From Balamuthia mandrillaris (taxonomy: Eukaryota), in assembly GCA_031835245.2 (NCBI GenBank), contig JAVKOQ020000005.1, positions 434,001-498,000 on the forward strand: DNA of 64,000 nucleotides, written 5' to 3'. Of the stretch, positions 12,599-23,791 are shown one piece after another (positions within the stretch are counted from its first letter, which is position 1; the number at the start of each line of letters is the position of its first letter). A model generated the notes under the pieces. It was given only the letters and a program-made list of their open reading frames with translations. It ran no database searches and was not told the DNA's origin. A program made the translations under genes and the position numbers.

Positions 12599-13266
12599 AT
12601 GAATCGGTTGAGTGCTGGCGGCTGGTGGCGGCGGAACTGGGCTGGGGTATCCCCCATGGTCACACGGCAGTGCCTGCTGTCGCACTCGCGTGCCGGAGGG
12701 CACTGGAGAGCGTCCTTGGGGCAGAACGTGGACGGCACCGCGGACGGTCCCCTCTACGATCTGCCTGATTGGGAGTTTGCAGGTTTTGTGTCTTTTGATT
12801 TCTTTTTTTTTTTTCAAATGCTCTCTCTTCCTTTCTCCTTTGTTTTTGTTTTTGTTTTTGTTTTATTCCCTCTCTGAAGGAGCACATCTCGGTGCTACAC
12901 GATGCTGGCTCTTGTCTTCGAGGGACAAATGGAATCTCCGTTGATCAATTTTTTTTTTGTTCTACCCTATTTGGCTTCTCCGAGTTTTTGTTTTTCTCTC
13001 TCCAACGACTCACAAGCCATTGATCACACACTCCCTCCTTTCTTTTTCTTCTTCTGTACTTCTCTTTCTCTCTCCTCTGTTCTGTTATTTATTTATTTAT
13101 TTTCAATCCTCACACATGATTATAAGATGGACGAAGTGCGCCGGTTAGCGCGAAACGAAAGAGCGTGATCCGTCGAAGAAAAATAGTGACGCAGCGCATT
13201 AAACAGCTTCGAGAGGAGGTCATGGAGATCGAACAGGAAGAATGGAGCCGTGGTATTCGCAAATGA
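12599..13266 (+). CDS. MRPL52: Mitochondrial ribosomal protein mL52-like, 2 exons (12599-12782, 13127-13266)
   Basis: Spliced product has GPLYDLPDWEFA|DGRSAP, matching the mL52 motif GPL.DLPDW.Y.DGRPAP. Arg-rich N-terminus resembles a mitochondrial presequence. Confidence 0.8.
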
Positions 13267-13558
13267 ACCTACTGCCTCTCTCTCTCTCTCTGTTTTGTTT
13301 TCTGTTTCAAAAAAGAAAAGTTTTCGTTCATCAACAAAAAACTCTTTTACAGGTTTTTTTCTTTATATATTTGTTTACAACAGTTTTGTTTTTACCTTCT
13401 TCCTCGTTTTCGTTTCGCTCTGGTGGTCGTTTCGGGTTTGTCCTCTTCTCTCACCACTTCCATCTCCTTCTTTCCTGCCTCCTTTCTTCTCTTCTTCTTC
13501 TCTTCCTCCTCCTTTTCTTCTTCTGCATTATTTACATCTTCCCATTTCTTTCTCTTCT

Positions 13559-16270
13559 TTAGATCTTTGGCTTTTTTTTTTGCCTCGTCGAGGCCTCGCC
13601 CCCCGTTTCTCCCGTGCCACTCGCGCTTCCTCCACCTTCCATCACTCGGAAAGAAAGGCCCTCGCTTCCGTCCTTCTTGGCCTCTATCAACACCGTGCTA
13701 TCCTCCTTCAACTCTCCGGCGATTATCATCCTGCTGATGCCCGTCACGATGTGCTTTTCCAAGTATCTCCTCAAGGGCCGAGCACCGTAGAGAGGATCGT
13801 AGGCGGCATTCAAGACGGCCTCCACAGCAGGGGCGGTCATCTCGATGCGCACCTTTTGCTCCTTCAGCCGGTCAGCTATGCGGTGGACCTGCAGCTCAAC
13901 GATGTGGTGAAGGTCTTTGCGGGAGAGCGGGTTGAAGACCACAATGTCGTCCAGCCGGTTGAGGAACTCGGGGCGGAAGTAGTCCTTGCAGGCGCGGAGC
14001 ACTTGGGCCTTGGCCTCCTTCTGGATGTGGCTCTCCTCTCCCTCCTCGATCATGGCACCGGAGGCCAACAAGTGCTCGGCTCCGATGTTCGACGTCATGA
14101 TGATAACAGTGTTGCTAAAGTCCACGGTTCTGCCTTGGCCATCGGTGATGCGGCCATCGTCCAACACTTGCAAGAGGACGTTGAGCACGCGGATGTGTGC
14201 CTTCTCGACCTCGTCAAAGAGCACCACGCTGTAGGGCCGCCTTCGCACTGCCTCGGTGAGTTGACCGCCCTCATCGTAGCCGACATAACCTGGAGGAGCG
14301 CCGATAAGCCTCGCCACAGAGTGCTGCTCCATGTACTCGCTCATGTCCATTCTCACGATTTGCTTCTCATCATCAAAGAGCTCCTCAGCAAGGGCCTTGG
14401 CGAGCTCCGTCTTGCCCACGCCCGTTGGACCCAAGAAGAGGAAACTGCCGGTGGGTTGGCCTGGCCGACCAAGGCCAGCGCGTGTGCGGAGCACAGCCTC
14501 TGCTACAGCATCCACAGCCTCGTTCTGACCAACCACCCTTTCATGGAGGTGGTCCGCCAGGCGAAGCACACGAGCTCTCTCGCTTTGGTTCAACTTGGAG
14601 ACAGGGATTCCTGTCCATCGACTGACGATTTGGCTGATCTGCTCTGGACCGACCACTTCGGTGAGGAGGCGATCGGGGTCTTCTGCGGCCTTCCTGGCCT
14701 TCTCTCGGTTCTTGCTCTCCAATTCAGCAATCTGCTTCTCCAACTCGGGCACGGCGCCATAGCGAAGGTCGGCCACGAGGGCAAGGTCGTAGCGTCGCTC
14801 TGCCTGTTCGATCTTGTTCTTGACTTCTTCCAGTTTCTGCTTCAAGGCGCGGAGCTGGTCGATGTCTCCCTTCTCACGTTCATAGCGCAGCTTGAGCGGT
14901 TCTATCTCCTCCTTGATCTTGGTCAGCTTTTCTCTAACCTTTTGCAGTCTCTCCTGGGCGGCCTTGTCCTCCTTCTCTCTCTCCAACGCTGTGGCCTCTA
15001 CCTCCAGCTGCAACCTCTTCCTCTCCAGTTGGTCAATCTTCTCTGGCCTCGAGTCCAGCTGCACGCGCACGTTGGCACAGGCTTCATCCACCAGATCAAT
15101 GGCTTTGTCCGGCAGGAAGCGAGAGGTGATATATCTGTGGGCCAACTGTGCAGCCATCACGAGGGCGCTGTCACTGATCCTCACGCCATGGTGGCTCTCA
15201 TAGCGGTCCTTGAGGCCACGCAGGATGCTGACGGTATCGGGGACGGAGGGCTCGCCGACGTAGACAGGCTGGAAGCGGCGCTCAAAGGCAGCATCCTTCT
15301 CCACATACTTTCTGTACTCGGCCAGAGTGGTGGCGCCGATGCAGCGCAGCTCTCCGCGGGCCAGCATGGGCTTGAGCAGGTTGGCGGCGTCCATGCTGCC
15401 CTCGGTCTTGCCGGCGCCGAGGACCAGGTGGATCTCATCGATGAAGAGCACGATCTTGCCCTCCGCCTCCTTGACCTCCTTCAACACCGCCTTGAGGCGC
15501 TCCTCAAACTCTCCCCTGTACTTGGCTCCAGCTATAAGGGCGCCCATGTCCAGGCTGATCACGCGGCACTTGAGGTTCTCGGGCACGTCCCCGCGCACGA
15601 TCCGCAGGGCCAGCCCCTCCACGATGGCCGTCTTGCCCACACCGGGCTCTCCGATGAGGACGGGGTTGTTCTTGGTGCGGCGGCTGAGCACCCGGATGAC
15701 GCGGCGGATCTCGTCGTCCCTGCCGATGACGGGGTCCAGCTTGCCCTCCTCGGCGGCGGCTACCAGGTCCTGGCCGTACTTGGAGAGGGCCTCGTAGGTG
15801 GACTCTGCCGACTTGTTCTCCACTTTCCTGTTGCCGCGCAGGAGCTTGATGGTCTCTGCCATGCGCTTCAGCGGCAGGCCGCAGGACTCGAACGCCTCCT
15901 TCACGTCCTTGTCCTCGTAGAGGGCCTGCATGAGGTGGTCCAGCGCCACGTGGCTGTCCTGCTGTTCGGTCTGGAGCTTCTGGGCCTGGCGGAGGACCTT
16001 CATGAGGGCGGAGCTGGCGCCGACCTCGGGGGGAGGGGGCTCCTGCACGGGCAAGCGGACCATGAGGCTGCGCAGCTTCCGGTTGACGGCCTGGGGGTCT
16101 CCTCCGCACTTGGAGACGAGGTTCTTGGCCAGGCCTTCCTCGTCCTCGAGCAGGGCCACGGCCAGGTGGACGGGCGTCAGGTTAACATTCTGGTTGGTGA
16201 TGGCCAGGTCCTGTGCGGCTGAAAGGACCTGGTTCGTTTTGTCTGTGAAGTTCTTTGGGTTCAAACTCAT
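13559..16270 (-). CDS. HSP104: Hsp104/Hsp101 (ClpB-type AAA+ disaggregase), intronless, 903 aa
   Basis: Clp N domain, [30 protein letters not shown]-domain, [23 protein letters not shown]. Confidence 0.98.
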   Translation of the reverse strand: MSLNPKNFTDKTNQVLSAAQDLAITNQNVNLTPVHLAVALLEDEEGLAKNLVSKCGGDPQAVNRKLRSLMVRLPVQEPPPPEVGASSALMKVLRQAQKLQTEQQDSHVALDHLMQALYEDKDVKEAFESCGLPLKRMAETIKLLRGNRKVENKSAESTYEALSKYGQDLVAAAEEGKLDPVIGRDDEIRRVIRVLSRRTKNNPVLIGEPGVGKTAIVEGLALRIVRGDVPENLKCRVISLDMGALIAGAKYRGEFEERLKAVLKEVKEAEGKIVLFIDEIHLVLGAGKTEGSMDAANLLKPMLARGELRCIGATTLAEYRKYVEKDAAFERRFQPVYVGEPSVPDTVSILRGLKDRYESHHGVRISDSALVMAAQLAHRYITSRFLPDKAIDLVDEACANVRVQLDSRPEKIDQLERKRLQLEVEATALEREKEDKAAQERLQKVREKLTKIKEEIEPLKLRYEREKGDIDQLRALKQKLEEVKNKIEQAERRYDLALVADLRYGAVPELEKQIAELESKNREKARKAAEDPDRLLTEVVGPEQISQIVSRWTGIPVSKLNQSERARVLRLADHLHERVVGQNEAVDAVAEAVLRTRAGLGRPGQPTGSFLFLGPTGVGKTELAKALAEELFDDEKQIVRMDMSEYMEQHSVARLIGAPPGYVGYDEGGQLTEAVRRRPYSVVLFDEVEKAHIRVLNVLLQVLDDGRITDGQGRTVDFSNTVIIMTSNIGAEHLLASGAMIEEGEESHIQKEAKAQVLRACKDYFRPEFLNRLDDIVVFNPLSRKDLHHIVELQVHRIADRLKEQKVRIEMTAPAVEAVLNAAYDPLYGARPLRRYLEKHIVTGISRMIIAGELKEDSTVLIEAKKDGSEGLSFRVMEGGGSASGTGETGGEASTRQKKKPKI

Positions 16271-16770
16271 CTATCTCTCTATCTGTGTGATGTTTTTTGG
16301 TGTGTGTTCTTTATTTGTTTGTGTCAAAAATGAAAGAAAGGAGGATGCAAGGTGTGTTTTATCCTTGGGTCGCTATCGAAGAACGAAAGGGACCCATTGA
16401 TAGGCGTTTCTTGGGTTTCTTTGTTTTCCCTTGTTTTAGAGTGAAATTTCATTAACTGCTATATACATTTTCATCCTATTTTCTACAGAATCGTCGCAGA
16501 ATTTTACCAATGATTACGTCAGCATCTACGTCGACACGAATCGAAATTTTATCCACCCACGGAAACGGAAAACCAATCGAAATTCTCGGAGTTAAATTTC
16601 CGGAGTCAAAATGATTGGACATACCAACAAAATTCCAAACAAGCCTTCCGTGCCAAACATTCCTTGGATACAACGCCAGAAAAATTGGGTTTTTTTGAAC
16701 ACAAACCATTTTTTATTTTTTGTCGAGCAGAACACAAAAGTACACTAGACACTTTTATAGCAGGGCGATC

Positions 16771-17523
16771 ATGCACACCTCCCCCAGTCTCCCCAGCAGC
16801 AGCGAGGCGCCATCCGTCCAACACACCCCTATCCCCACAGAAACACGCACATCCCCCAAAATAAATGCCCACCAAGCGGACTGTCTCTGTCCGATCTGTC
16901 TGGACGTCTTTTTCTTTCCCGTCACCCTGCCCTGTGGTCACTCCTTCTGTGGCTCCTGCGTGTTGCGTGTGGAAAATCAAAAATGTCCCCAGTGCAGGCA
17001 TCCCTGGAGGGAGTATCCCCAAACAAATGTACCGCGTCCATCCATCCTCCACACTCTCGATTTTTTTTTTTCTAAGTTCCTCTATCTTACCATCTTCTCT
17101 TTTCTTTTTTTTCTTTGTCTCTCTAAAAAAAAAAAATAGGTTTGGATGTGGAACTGGTTGCAAAGGGAACTGCCGGAGGAGATTGAACGACGACGCAAAG
17201 AGATAGACGAAGCCGCCGAGAGGGAGCGGCTACAAAAAAAGGAGGCGCGTCAGAAATCGTTGGAAGCCATCGTGGGCAGTCAGTTCCTCTCCGAGTGCCA
17301 ACGGCGGGAAGAGGAGCGTACACGGCGACTGCAACAACGCCAACGGCAACAACAACAGTACCACCAACAACAAAACCAAATTCAGCATCCAGCGGTAGCA
17401 TCCATTGCCTGGGCGACAGAGGCGTCATTGTCCTACGACGAAGAGATTTCTCGTCGGCAACGGATCGATGCCTTTAGAGACTTTTTCACTGTTGTACCAG
17501 AACTTCCGACTTATGTATTGTAA
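16771..17523 (+). CDS. C3HC4 RING finger protein with coiled-coil tail, 2 exons
   Basis: CPICLDVFFFPVTLPCGHSFCGSC...CPQCR. Intron about 17029-17139 joins into the 17146-17523 frame. Confidence 0.8.
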
Positions 17524-18076
17524 AACAAAACAAAAAAAAATAGTTTTTTTTTTAATATTTAAAAAATTTCCCCCTCTTTGCTTTCTGTTCATCTTTCTTT
17601 CTCCTTCCTTCTCAAGTTATGTAAATAATTTAAGCAATGCAAAGCATTTAAGCTATTTCATAAATTCGAGCAATTTCAGCAATGCAAACTGTTTTTGTCT
17701 GGGCCAAAAATTTCAAGAATGCAGAAAATGTAATTTTAGTTGAGCGTTGTACCTCTCGCATGGGCGCGGTAATGCCCAACGATTCCTCCGCCATCCTACA
17801 TATCTCCCACCAGGACAAAACCGGCCGAGGAATCGTTCTCCTTGATTCCCCCGAAGTTTGAGCGGAAACCACCGTGCAAAAGTACGACAACCCCAAAGAA
17901 AAGAAAGAAGAAAAAAGAAGAACAAGTCAACCTTGTCTGCTGCCATAGCAGGCCTGACCCACACACACACAGAGAGATATATATTTTTTCTGTTCTGTTC
18001 ATTCATTCTATTTTTATTTATTTTTTCTGTTCACTTTTGTTTTTTTTAACAAAAAAAAAAACAATCAAAAACAAAT

Positions 18077-18697
18077 ATGCATCGACTCAGCAAGAAAGAA
18101 ACGGGAGGCGATGGCGAGGAGTCCCTCTTTGAACGGTTCGGGGTGCTCCGAAAGAAAAACATTCCGGCCAGCGACTCCCTTCGTGAGGGCTATGTCATCA
18201 CGGGGAGGTATCGACCCAACCCCAAAATACGCAAAGTGGTCCTCAAGGCTGACTCTCTTTTGTTTTTGGTACGTTTCTTCTTTTTGTTCTTCTTGTTCTT
18301 CTTCTTCTCCTTGTTCTTCTTCTTCTTCTTCTTCTTCTTCTTCTTCTTCTTCTTCTTCTTCTTCTTCTTCTTCTCCAGCTTGCTTTCTCTTTCATCTCTT
18401 TCATTAAAAAAAAAAAATAACAAAAAAAACACAACAATAAATAAAACAGAAATATAAGACAGAGGCGTTGGTCTCCAGTCATCCGTTGGGCACCGTCATC
18501 ACCGTGGAGCCGCACAAGGGCAGCAAAAAGTGTTTCGACGTGCACCTGGCCAAGGGCACCAAGGGAAAGATCTCTCGCACCGTGCTGGAATGTCCCAACC
18601 AGCAGCACAGGGACGCTTGGGTTGCTGCTATTCGGTTTGTGTTTTTTGTTCTCTCTTTTCTCTTTCTCTTCTTCCTCTTTCGTCGTTTTCTTTTTCG

Positions 18698-18738
<41 letters not shown>

Positions 18739-20088
18739 CTTTTCTCACAACATCTCTCTTATTTCTTTTCTTTTTCTCAACATCTCACAACAAACAAACA
18801 TATCCACCGTTACTCAACCAAACAGTAAAGCCTGTGCGGAGAACACCGGCGAGCCCAAGCCAATGGTGCATCCCGCCCTCACCCGCCACAAGCGCAGCAA
18901 CTCGGATCCTCCCACGCCCGACCTTGGCCGACGCAGACCATCTCGACCAACCAACGATGCCTCTGCTGCCTCTTCCTCCCTCGTGACAGCAACACAAGCA
19001 GAGAGCGACTATGAGGACGATGACTTTGATGATGGAGAGGACAGCTCCTACGAGGATGATGACGACGATGACTTTGCTCCGAGAGGTCCTTCCTCTGCCA
19101 CCTCTTCTTCCTCTGCGGTTGCCTCAACATCAACAACCGCTCCAGCATCCACAAATCCTTTTGATGATATTTTCAAGTTGGCACCTCCCGTTTCGAATTC
19201 TAGCAACAACAACAACAACAACAAAGGAAGATCCAAGAGCATCGACACTCGTCCTCGTCACCACACCACCACTGCTGCCCTCTCTCCCTACAAAGGAGTC
19301 ACCGCCACGAATTATGCTTCTTCTCCTTCCTCTCCGTTTGATGGTGGCAGCAATCACAACGCATCCTCTGCCACGAACAGCGGCTCTTTTGGATACGGGT
19401 ATGGGGCCTCGTTGTTTGACATTCCCGTCCCGGATCGTTCTCAACTTAGCAGCTTTGCTAGTGTTCCCACCTTCCCTTCTTTCTCCTCTTCCACCTCTTC
19501 TGCCTCAGCTGCGATGTCGGCTTCCTCCCCATCGCTCCAAGTTCAACCTCCTTCCTCCACTCCTGCTTCCTCTTCTCCTTCTTCTCCGTTGCCGCCTTCT
19601 TCTTTGTCCGCCGCTTCCGCTTCTTCTGCAGTGCAAGTGCTCGTCAGCACAAGGTCTCACCCGCAGAAAGGCTTGGAGCTGGCCAAAGAGATTGCGGTCG
19701 TGTCCGGCATCTCCTCCACTTCGCCCGCTTCCACCTCCTCCACTTCTGCGTATGAGCAAAACGTGGAAGCGGCGCGAAAGGCCGCCCAGGTGTCGCTGGC
19801 CAAAGCGGCCAGCAAGCTCGGCGCCAATGCTGTCTTGGCTGCTGGGTATGTGTTTCCCCCTGGTTACTGCCTTATCTCTTTGCTCGTTTCTCTTTGTTCG
19901 TTCTCTCGCTTCTCGTTGCTCGTTGCTCGTTGCTCGTTTCTCTTTAAGGTTTTGCTTTAAGAGTTACTTACTTGCAGTCTATAACTTTTAGATTTTCGAT
20001 AACGGGAAACGCAAATGGGGGAGTGACGGTAATGGCATACGGCACTGCGTGTGTTCTCACCCCAACAACCGCTTCTTTCTCCGGATAG
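18077..20088 (+). CDS. PH-like domain, Ser-rich linker and C-terminal YbjQ/UPF0145-like domain; 4 exons
   Basis: REGYV...KCFDVH...LECPNQQHRDAWVAAIR (PH C-terminal helix). C-terminus LAKAASKLGANAVLAAG|FSITG...VMAYGTAC. Confidence 0.7.
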
Positions 20089-20258
20089 GTGGCTGTTTTA
20101 GTTTTTTGGTCGCTTCTTCAACTTTGTTGTACTTTTTTTTAAAAAAGGCTTTTTCTTTTTTTGTTGTTGCAAACAATAACGATAGTAATGTCTTCCAATC
20201 CTTCTCGCTTTCTGTTCTTTTGCCTCTCTGCCTCTCTGTCTCTCTGTCTCTCTCTCTG

Positions 20259-20303
<45 letters not shown>

Positions 20304-20695
20304 CTAACAGGCCATTGGGGTATCCGATGGGTTAAAAAGCAGAATAAGAGAGAACAGAAGAATGAGAATCTGGAGGTGGACGCCAACAAAGGGTCAAGAC
20401 GAAGAAGAAAAGAATGGCGAAGAAAGAAGGTGCAGGAGAAGAAGAAGCAAGAAGGAGGGAGAAGAAGAACAAGAAGAAGATGAAGATGAAGGAGGCGGAG
20501 AAGAATAATAAAAACAAGAAGTACATGAACAAGAAGAAAATAATGAAGAAAGGAAGCAAAAAAAAAAAAAGATGAAAGGGCATGATGACGGCAAATTGTT
20601 TGCTTTCTTGGCAAAGAAACAAAAATAATAAAGTTATAGCTTACAAAGTTAAACACAAAAAAAGACAAAAAAAACTAAGAGGTGAAGAATAGAGC

Positions 20696-21281
20696 TTAAG
20701 CTTGTTGTTTGCTGTTGATGTCAAGTATTTGTATCTGAAAAAGAAGAAAAAAAAAGGATGAGAATAAAAACTACAAGAAAAGGGGAGAGAAAGAGCGAGA
20801 AAGAGCGAGAGATAGAGCGAGAGGAGATAGAGAGAGGGGAGAGAAAGAGAGAGGAGAGAGAACATAAACGAAGAAAGAAAGAAGAAAGGACAAGGAGAAA
20901 GGGAAGATTAGAAATATGGAAAGGAAAAAGTAAGTACATAGAGGAGGCCATTGGAAAGAGGATTCAACCAAACGAGGCCTTTGGGTCTGTACACGTTATT
21001 GTTCTCATCCTCCAGAAATGCTTCCAGCCGTTGTAAACTCTGCAAAAAACAAATGTTACATTGCATCATAGCAAAAAAGAGCAGAAGAGCGAATCGAGAA
21101 GGCAGAAAAGAGTAGAAAGAAGACAGAGAAAAGAGACGAGAAAAGGCGAAGAAAAGAGGAGAGCCAAGGAGAGAGCGAGAGGAAGGAGAAAGAAGATAGA
21201 GGGCAGAGGAAAGAGAGGAAAGGGAGGAGAAGAGAAGAAGCACCAAGGAAGCAAAAAGGAAGCAGAGAGAAAACAAACAGC

Positions 21282-21316
<35 letters not shown>

Positions 21317-21677
21317 GGCCGTCTTACCTCCGTGTAGCGGTCTGTGATGCAAAGATAAAGACTGAACAAGGTAATGAGGCCAAAACAACTCTCCAAGCAG
21401 GACGTCACCGTCAACTCCTCCGCATGTCTAAACAGCCGGTTGATTTCTCCTATTGTCCTGCTGAACTCCTCTTCTGTCACCTATTTTTTTTTTGAATGAG
21501 TATGAAAACTTGAAAAAAAGAGAAAGGGACAAAAAAGAGTACTCGAGAAGAAAGCTCTGGTGGCAGAATATCTTTGAACTGGGTGAGAACGCCTCGAGAG
21601 TAGTCCCTCTCTATGATGATTTCAAGTCCTTCCTCCTCCTCCTTCTTCTCTCCTCTTTTGTCTTTTTTGGCAGACAT
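20696..21677 (-). CDS. GOLGA7: Golgin A7/Erf4 family (palmitoyltransferase accessory subunit), 4 exons
   Basis: IERDYSRG..QF...PPELSSR|VTEEEF..TI.EIN.LF..AE...ESCFG..T...FLEDENNNVYRPKGL.W.NP..NGL. Confidence 0.88.
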
Positions 21678-21679
21678 TC

Positions 21680-21718
<39 letters not shown>

Positions 21719-22306
21719 TGTTGAAACCTTCCTCCTTCTTCTTTCAATCCAACAAAACAGGCGGAAGGTAGCACAAGGTGGGGGGGGGATGGGCGGTCTG
21801 CTTGTTGATCCTTCTTTCTGTTTTTATTTTTCTTTCTTTTTTGTTTTTCTCCGCTTTTTGTCGACATTTTGTGTCAAACTGAAACGAATAAGATAAAAGC
21901 CAGGTTTGATTGTGTCCAAGATGGACTTGGTAAAATACCGATTACACTTAAAGACAAAAAATGCCCGCTCGAGGGTTGAATAAGTCTGGCCATTTTTTTC
22001 AACGACAGTTCGTTCGTTTTTTTGGAGGTGACATCATAAAAGACTATTTTTGGAAATAGCTACGTGGCATTCCCGAAAAGGTAAACTCCACTATGCGACG
22101 GTTACTCCGTTTATTATATATATAACAGATGATTTTAAGGAGTTTTATTGTTTATGATTGTGGTGTGCAGCTGTGTTACCCGTTTGGTCCGTTTGGTTTT
22201 TTTTTTTTGAACTAGTTACATCAAACGTTAGAAAAACGAAGAAGAAGCAGAAGGCATCCGACAAAGAAGAAAAAAACTTGTAAAATTTTTCTGCACAACG
22301 AAGAAG

Positions 22307-22522
22307 ATGAGCCAAACCTCGACGCCAGTCGGGGAGAAAAGGAAGAGAGAGGAGGAGACGAAAGAGCTGAGAAAGAGGACAGAGGATTCGATTCCTTCGG
22401 AGAACGCCGTCAGCGATGACGGAGAGGAGGAGGAAGACTCGGAGGAGCAGGACGAGACAACCAACGAGCAGGACCTGGCCGAAGCTGACCCTAAGAGGCA
22501 GAAGAAAGATGGTCAGCATTCC

Positions 22523-22567
<45 letters not shown>

Positions 22568-22978
22568 AAGTCGGCTTGTTCTTTGGGGTATATAGGCGAA
22601 AGCAGCAACTCGAATAGCCCGTTGTTGACAAGAGTCTTCTCCCGTGTGGCCACTTTCTTTAGAAGAGGAAGCAAGACCTTCACAGGTGCAGAAGAAGAGG
22701 AAGAAGTTGTTGTCGTTGAACAAAAGGCAATGAAGGAAGGAGGATATAATGCAAAACAGCAACATGAAGATGACGATGAAGAAGAGAATGAAGAAGAAGA
22801 AGAGGAGGAAGAGGAGGAAGATGGAGAGGATAATGATGATGAAGAACAAGCAAACGCCGACGAAGACGGCGATGAGGACGAAGACAGAGGGGAAGAGCAA
22901 GAGGAAGCAGAAGAGGAAGAGAGCGATCAAAATGACGATGAGGACGATGAAGAGCAGTCGAGTGACTCGCAAGAATAA
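22307..22978 (+). CDS. Small highly acidic protein with basic NLS-like motifs; probable intron about 22512-22595
   Basis: MSQTSTPVGEKRKRE..., DPKRQKKD, long D/E tract. The CT tract with GT..AG ends is in frame. Confidence 0.6.
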
Positions 22979-23449
22979 GTCGCTCTCCCAAAACTTCTTT
23001 TGTATTGTTCGCTGCACAACGAAGTAGGCCGAAGCAGGTCTTTGTAAAAAAAAATCTACGGAACTGTTGAAAAATAAAAATAAAAAGAAGGCAGACAAAA
23101 AGGATACATGAGAGCAACAAAAAGGAGCAGTATAGCAGCAGCCAACACTTTCTGGTTGGGCGCCATCGGGAGTGATCCTCACCGGAGATCATCCCCTGTT
23201 CCGCAAGGGAGGGTCCTTGGCGTTTGCGAGTGTCCTGGGAGCCATTGGAGGCGTCAAAAATGTTCCCTTGGGATACTAGAAAGGTACTCGCGATAATGAT
23301 GAAGAAGAAAGAGCGCCAGCCAAGTTTTTTTAAAAAAAAGAAAGAGAAGGAATACAAAAAATAAGAACAGCACAAAGCAAAAACAAACGAAGGAGGATAG
23401 AGAAGAAAGAGAGCCAGCCGAGTAATAAAGAAAGAAAGAACAAAAAGGG

Positions 23450-23568
23450 AGGATACAGCACGATGGATTCCCGGGTGGTCACCCACCCCAGTACTAACAT
23501 CGCCTGGCGGAGCTTAACTTCGCTGATCGGACGGGAAGCGGTGCTTTCTCCGCAGTATGGCCGTATCC
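23450..23568 (-). rRNA. 5S rRNA (copy 1)
   Basis: 119 nt GGATACGGCCATAC...GAAGTTAAGC...TTAGTACTGGGGTGGGTGACC...GCTGTATCCT, followed by T-runs. Confidence 0.97.
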
Positions 23569-23791
23569 GCCCGTATAACCAATCTCTTGCAGTATGGCCG
23601 CAGCGGAGGTAAAAACAGCCGCGACCGGTTCTTCCATGCTGCATGCTCCGTCGGCCACCGCCTTTTTCCAGCTTTTTCCAACAGGTCGTCAACTGAAGGA
23701 GATTAAAAAAGAACAGCAAAAGACGGGAAGAGAATGGAAGATAAAGTAATGTGTGACAAAGAAGAACAACGTCGTTCATTCGGATAGACAA

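Noticed and set aside
13250..16222. 990-aa plus-strand ORF
   Set aside because: Antisense shadow of HSP104. Strong C/G-ending codon bias removes antisense stops, and no domain is recognisable.
16271..16770. Heat-shock elements upstream of HSP104
   Set aside because: Only imperfect or mis-spaced GAA/TTC units were found, so none is called.
23097..23107. GTATCCTTT on the minus strand, a perfect U12 GT donor
   Set aside because: No TCCTTAAC branch point near a plausible acceptor, and no host gene identified.
23290..23312. ATGATGA..GAAA resembling a hammerhead core or C box
   Set aside because: Lacks CUGANGA, stem II and a matching D box.
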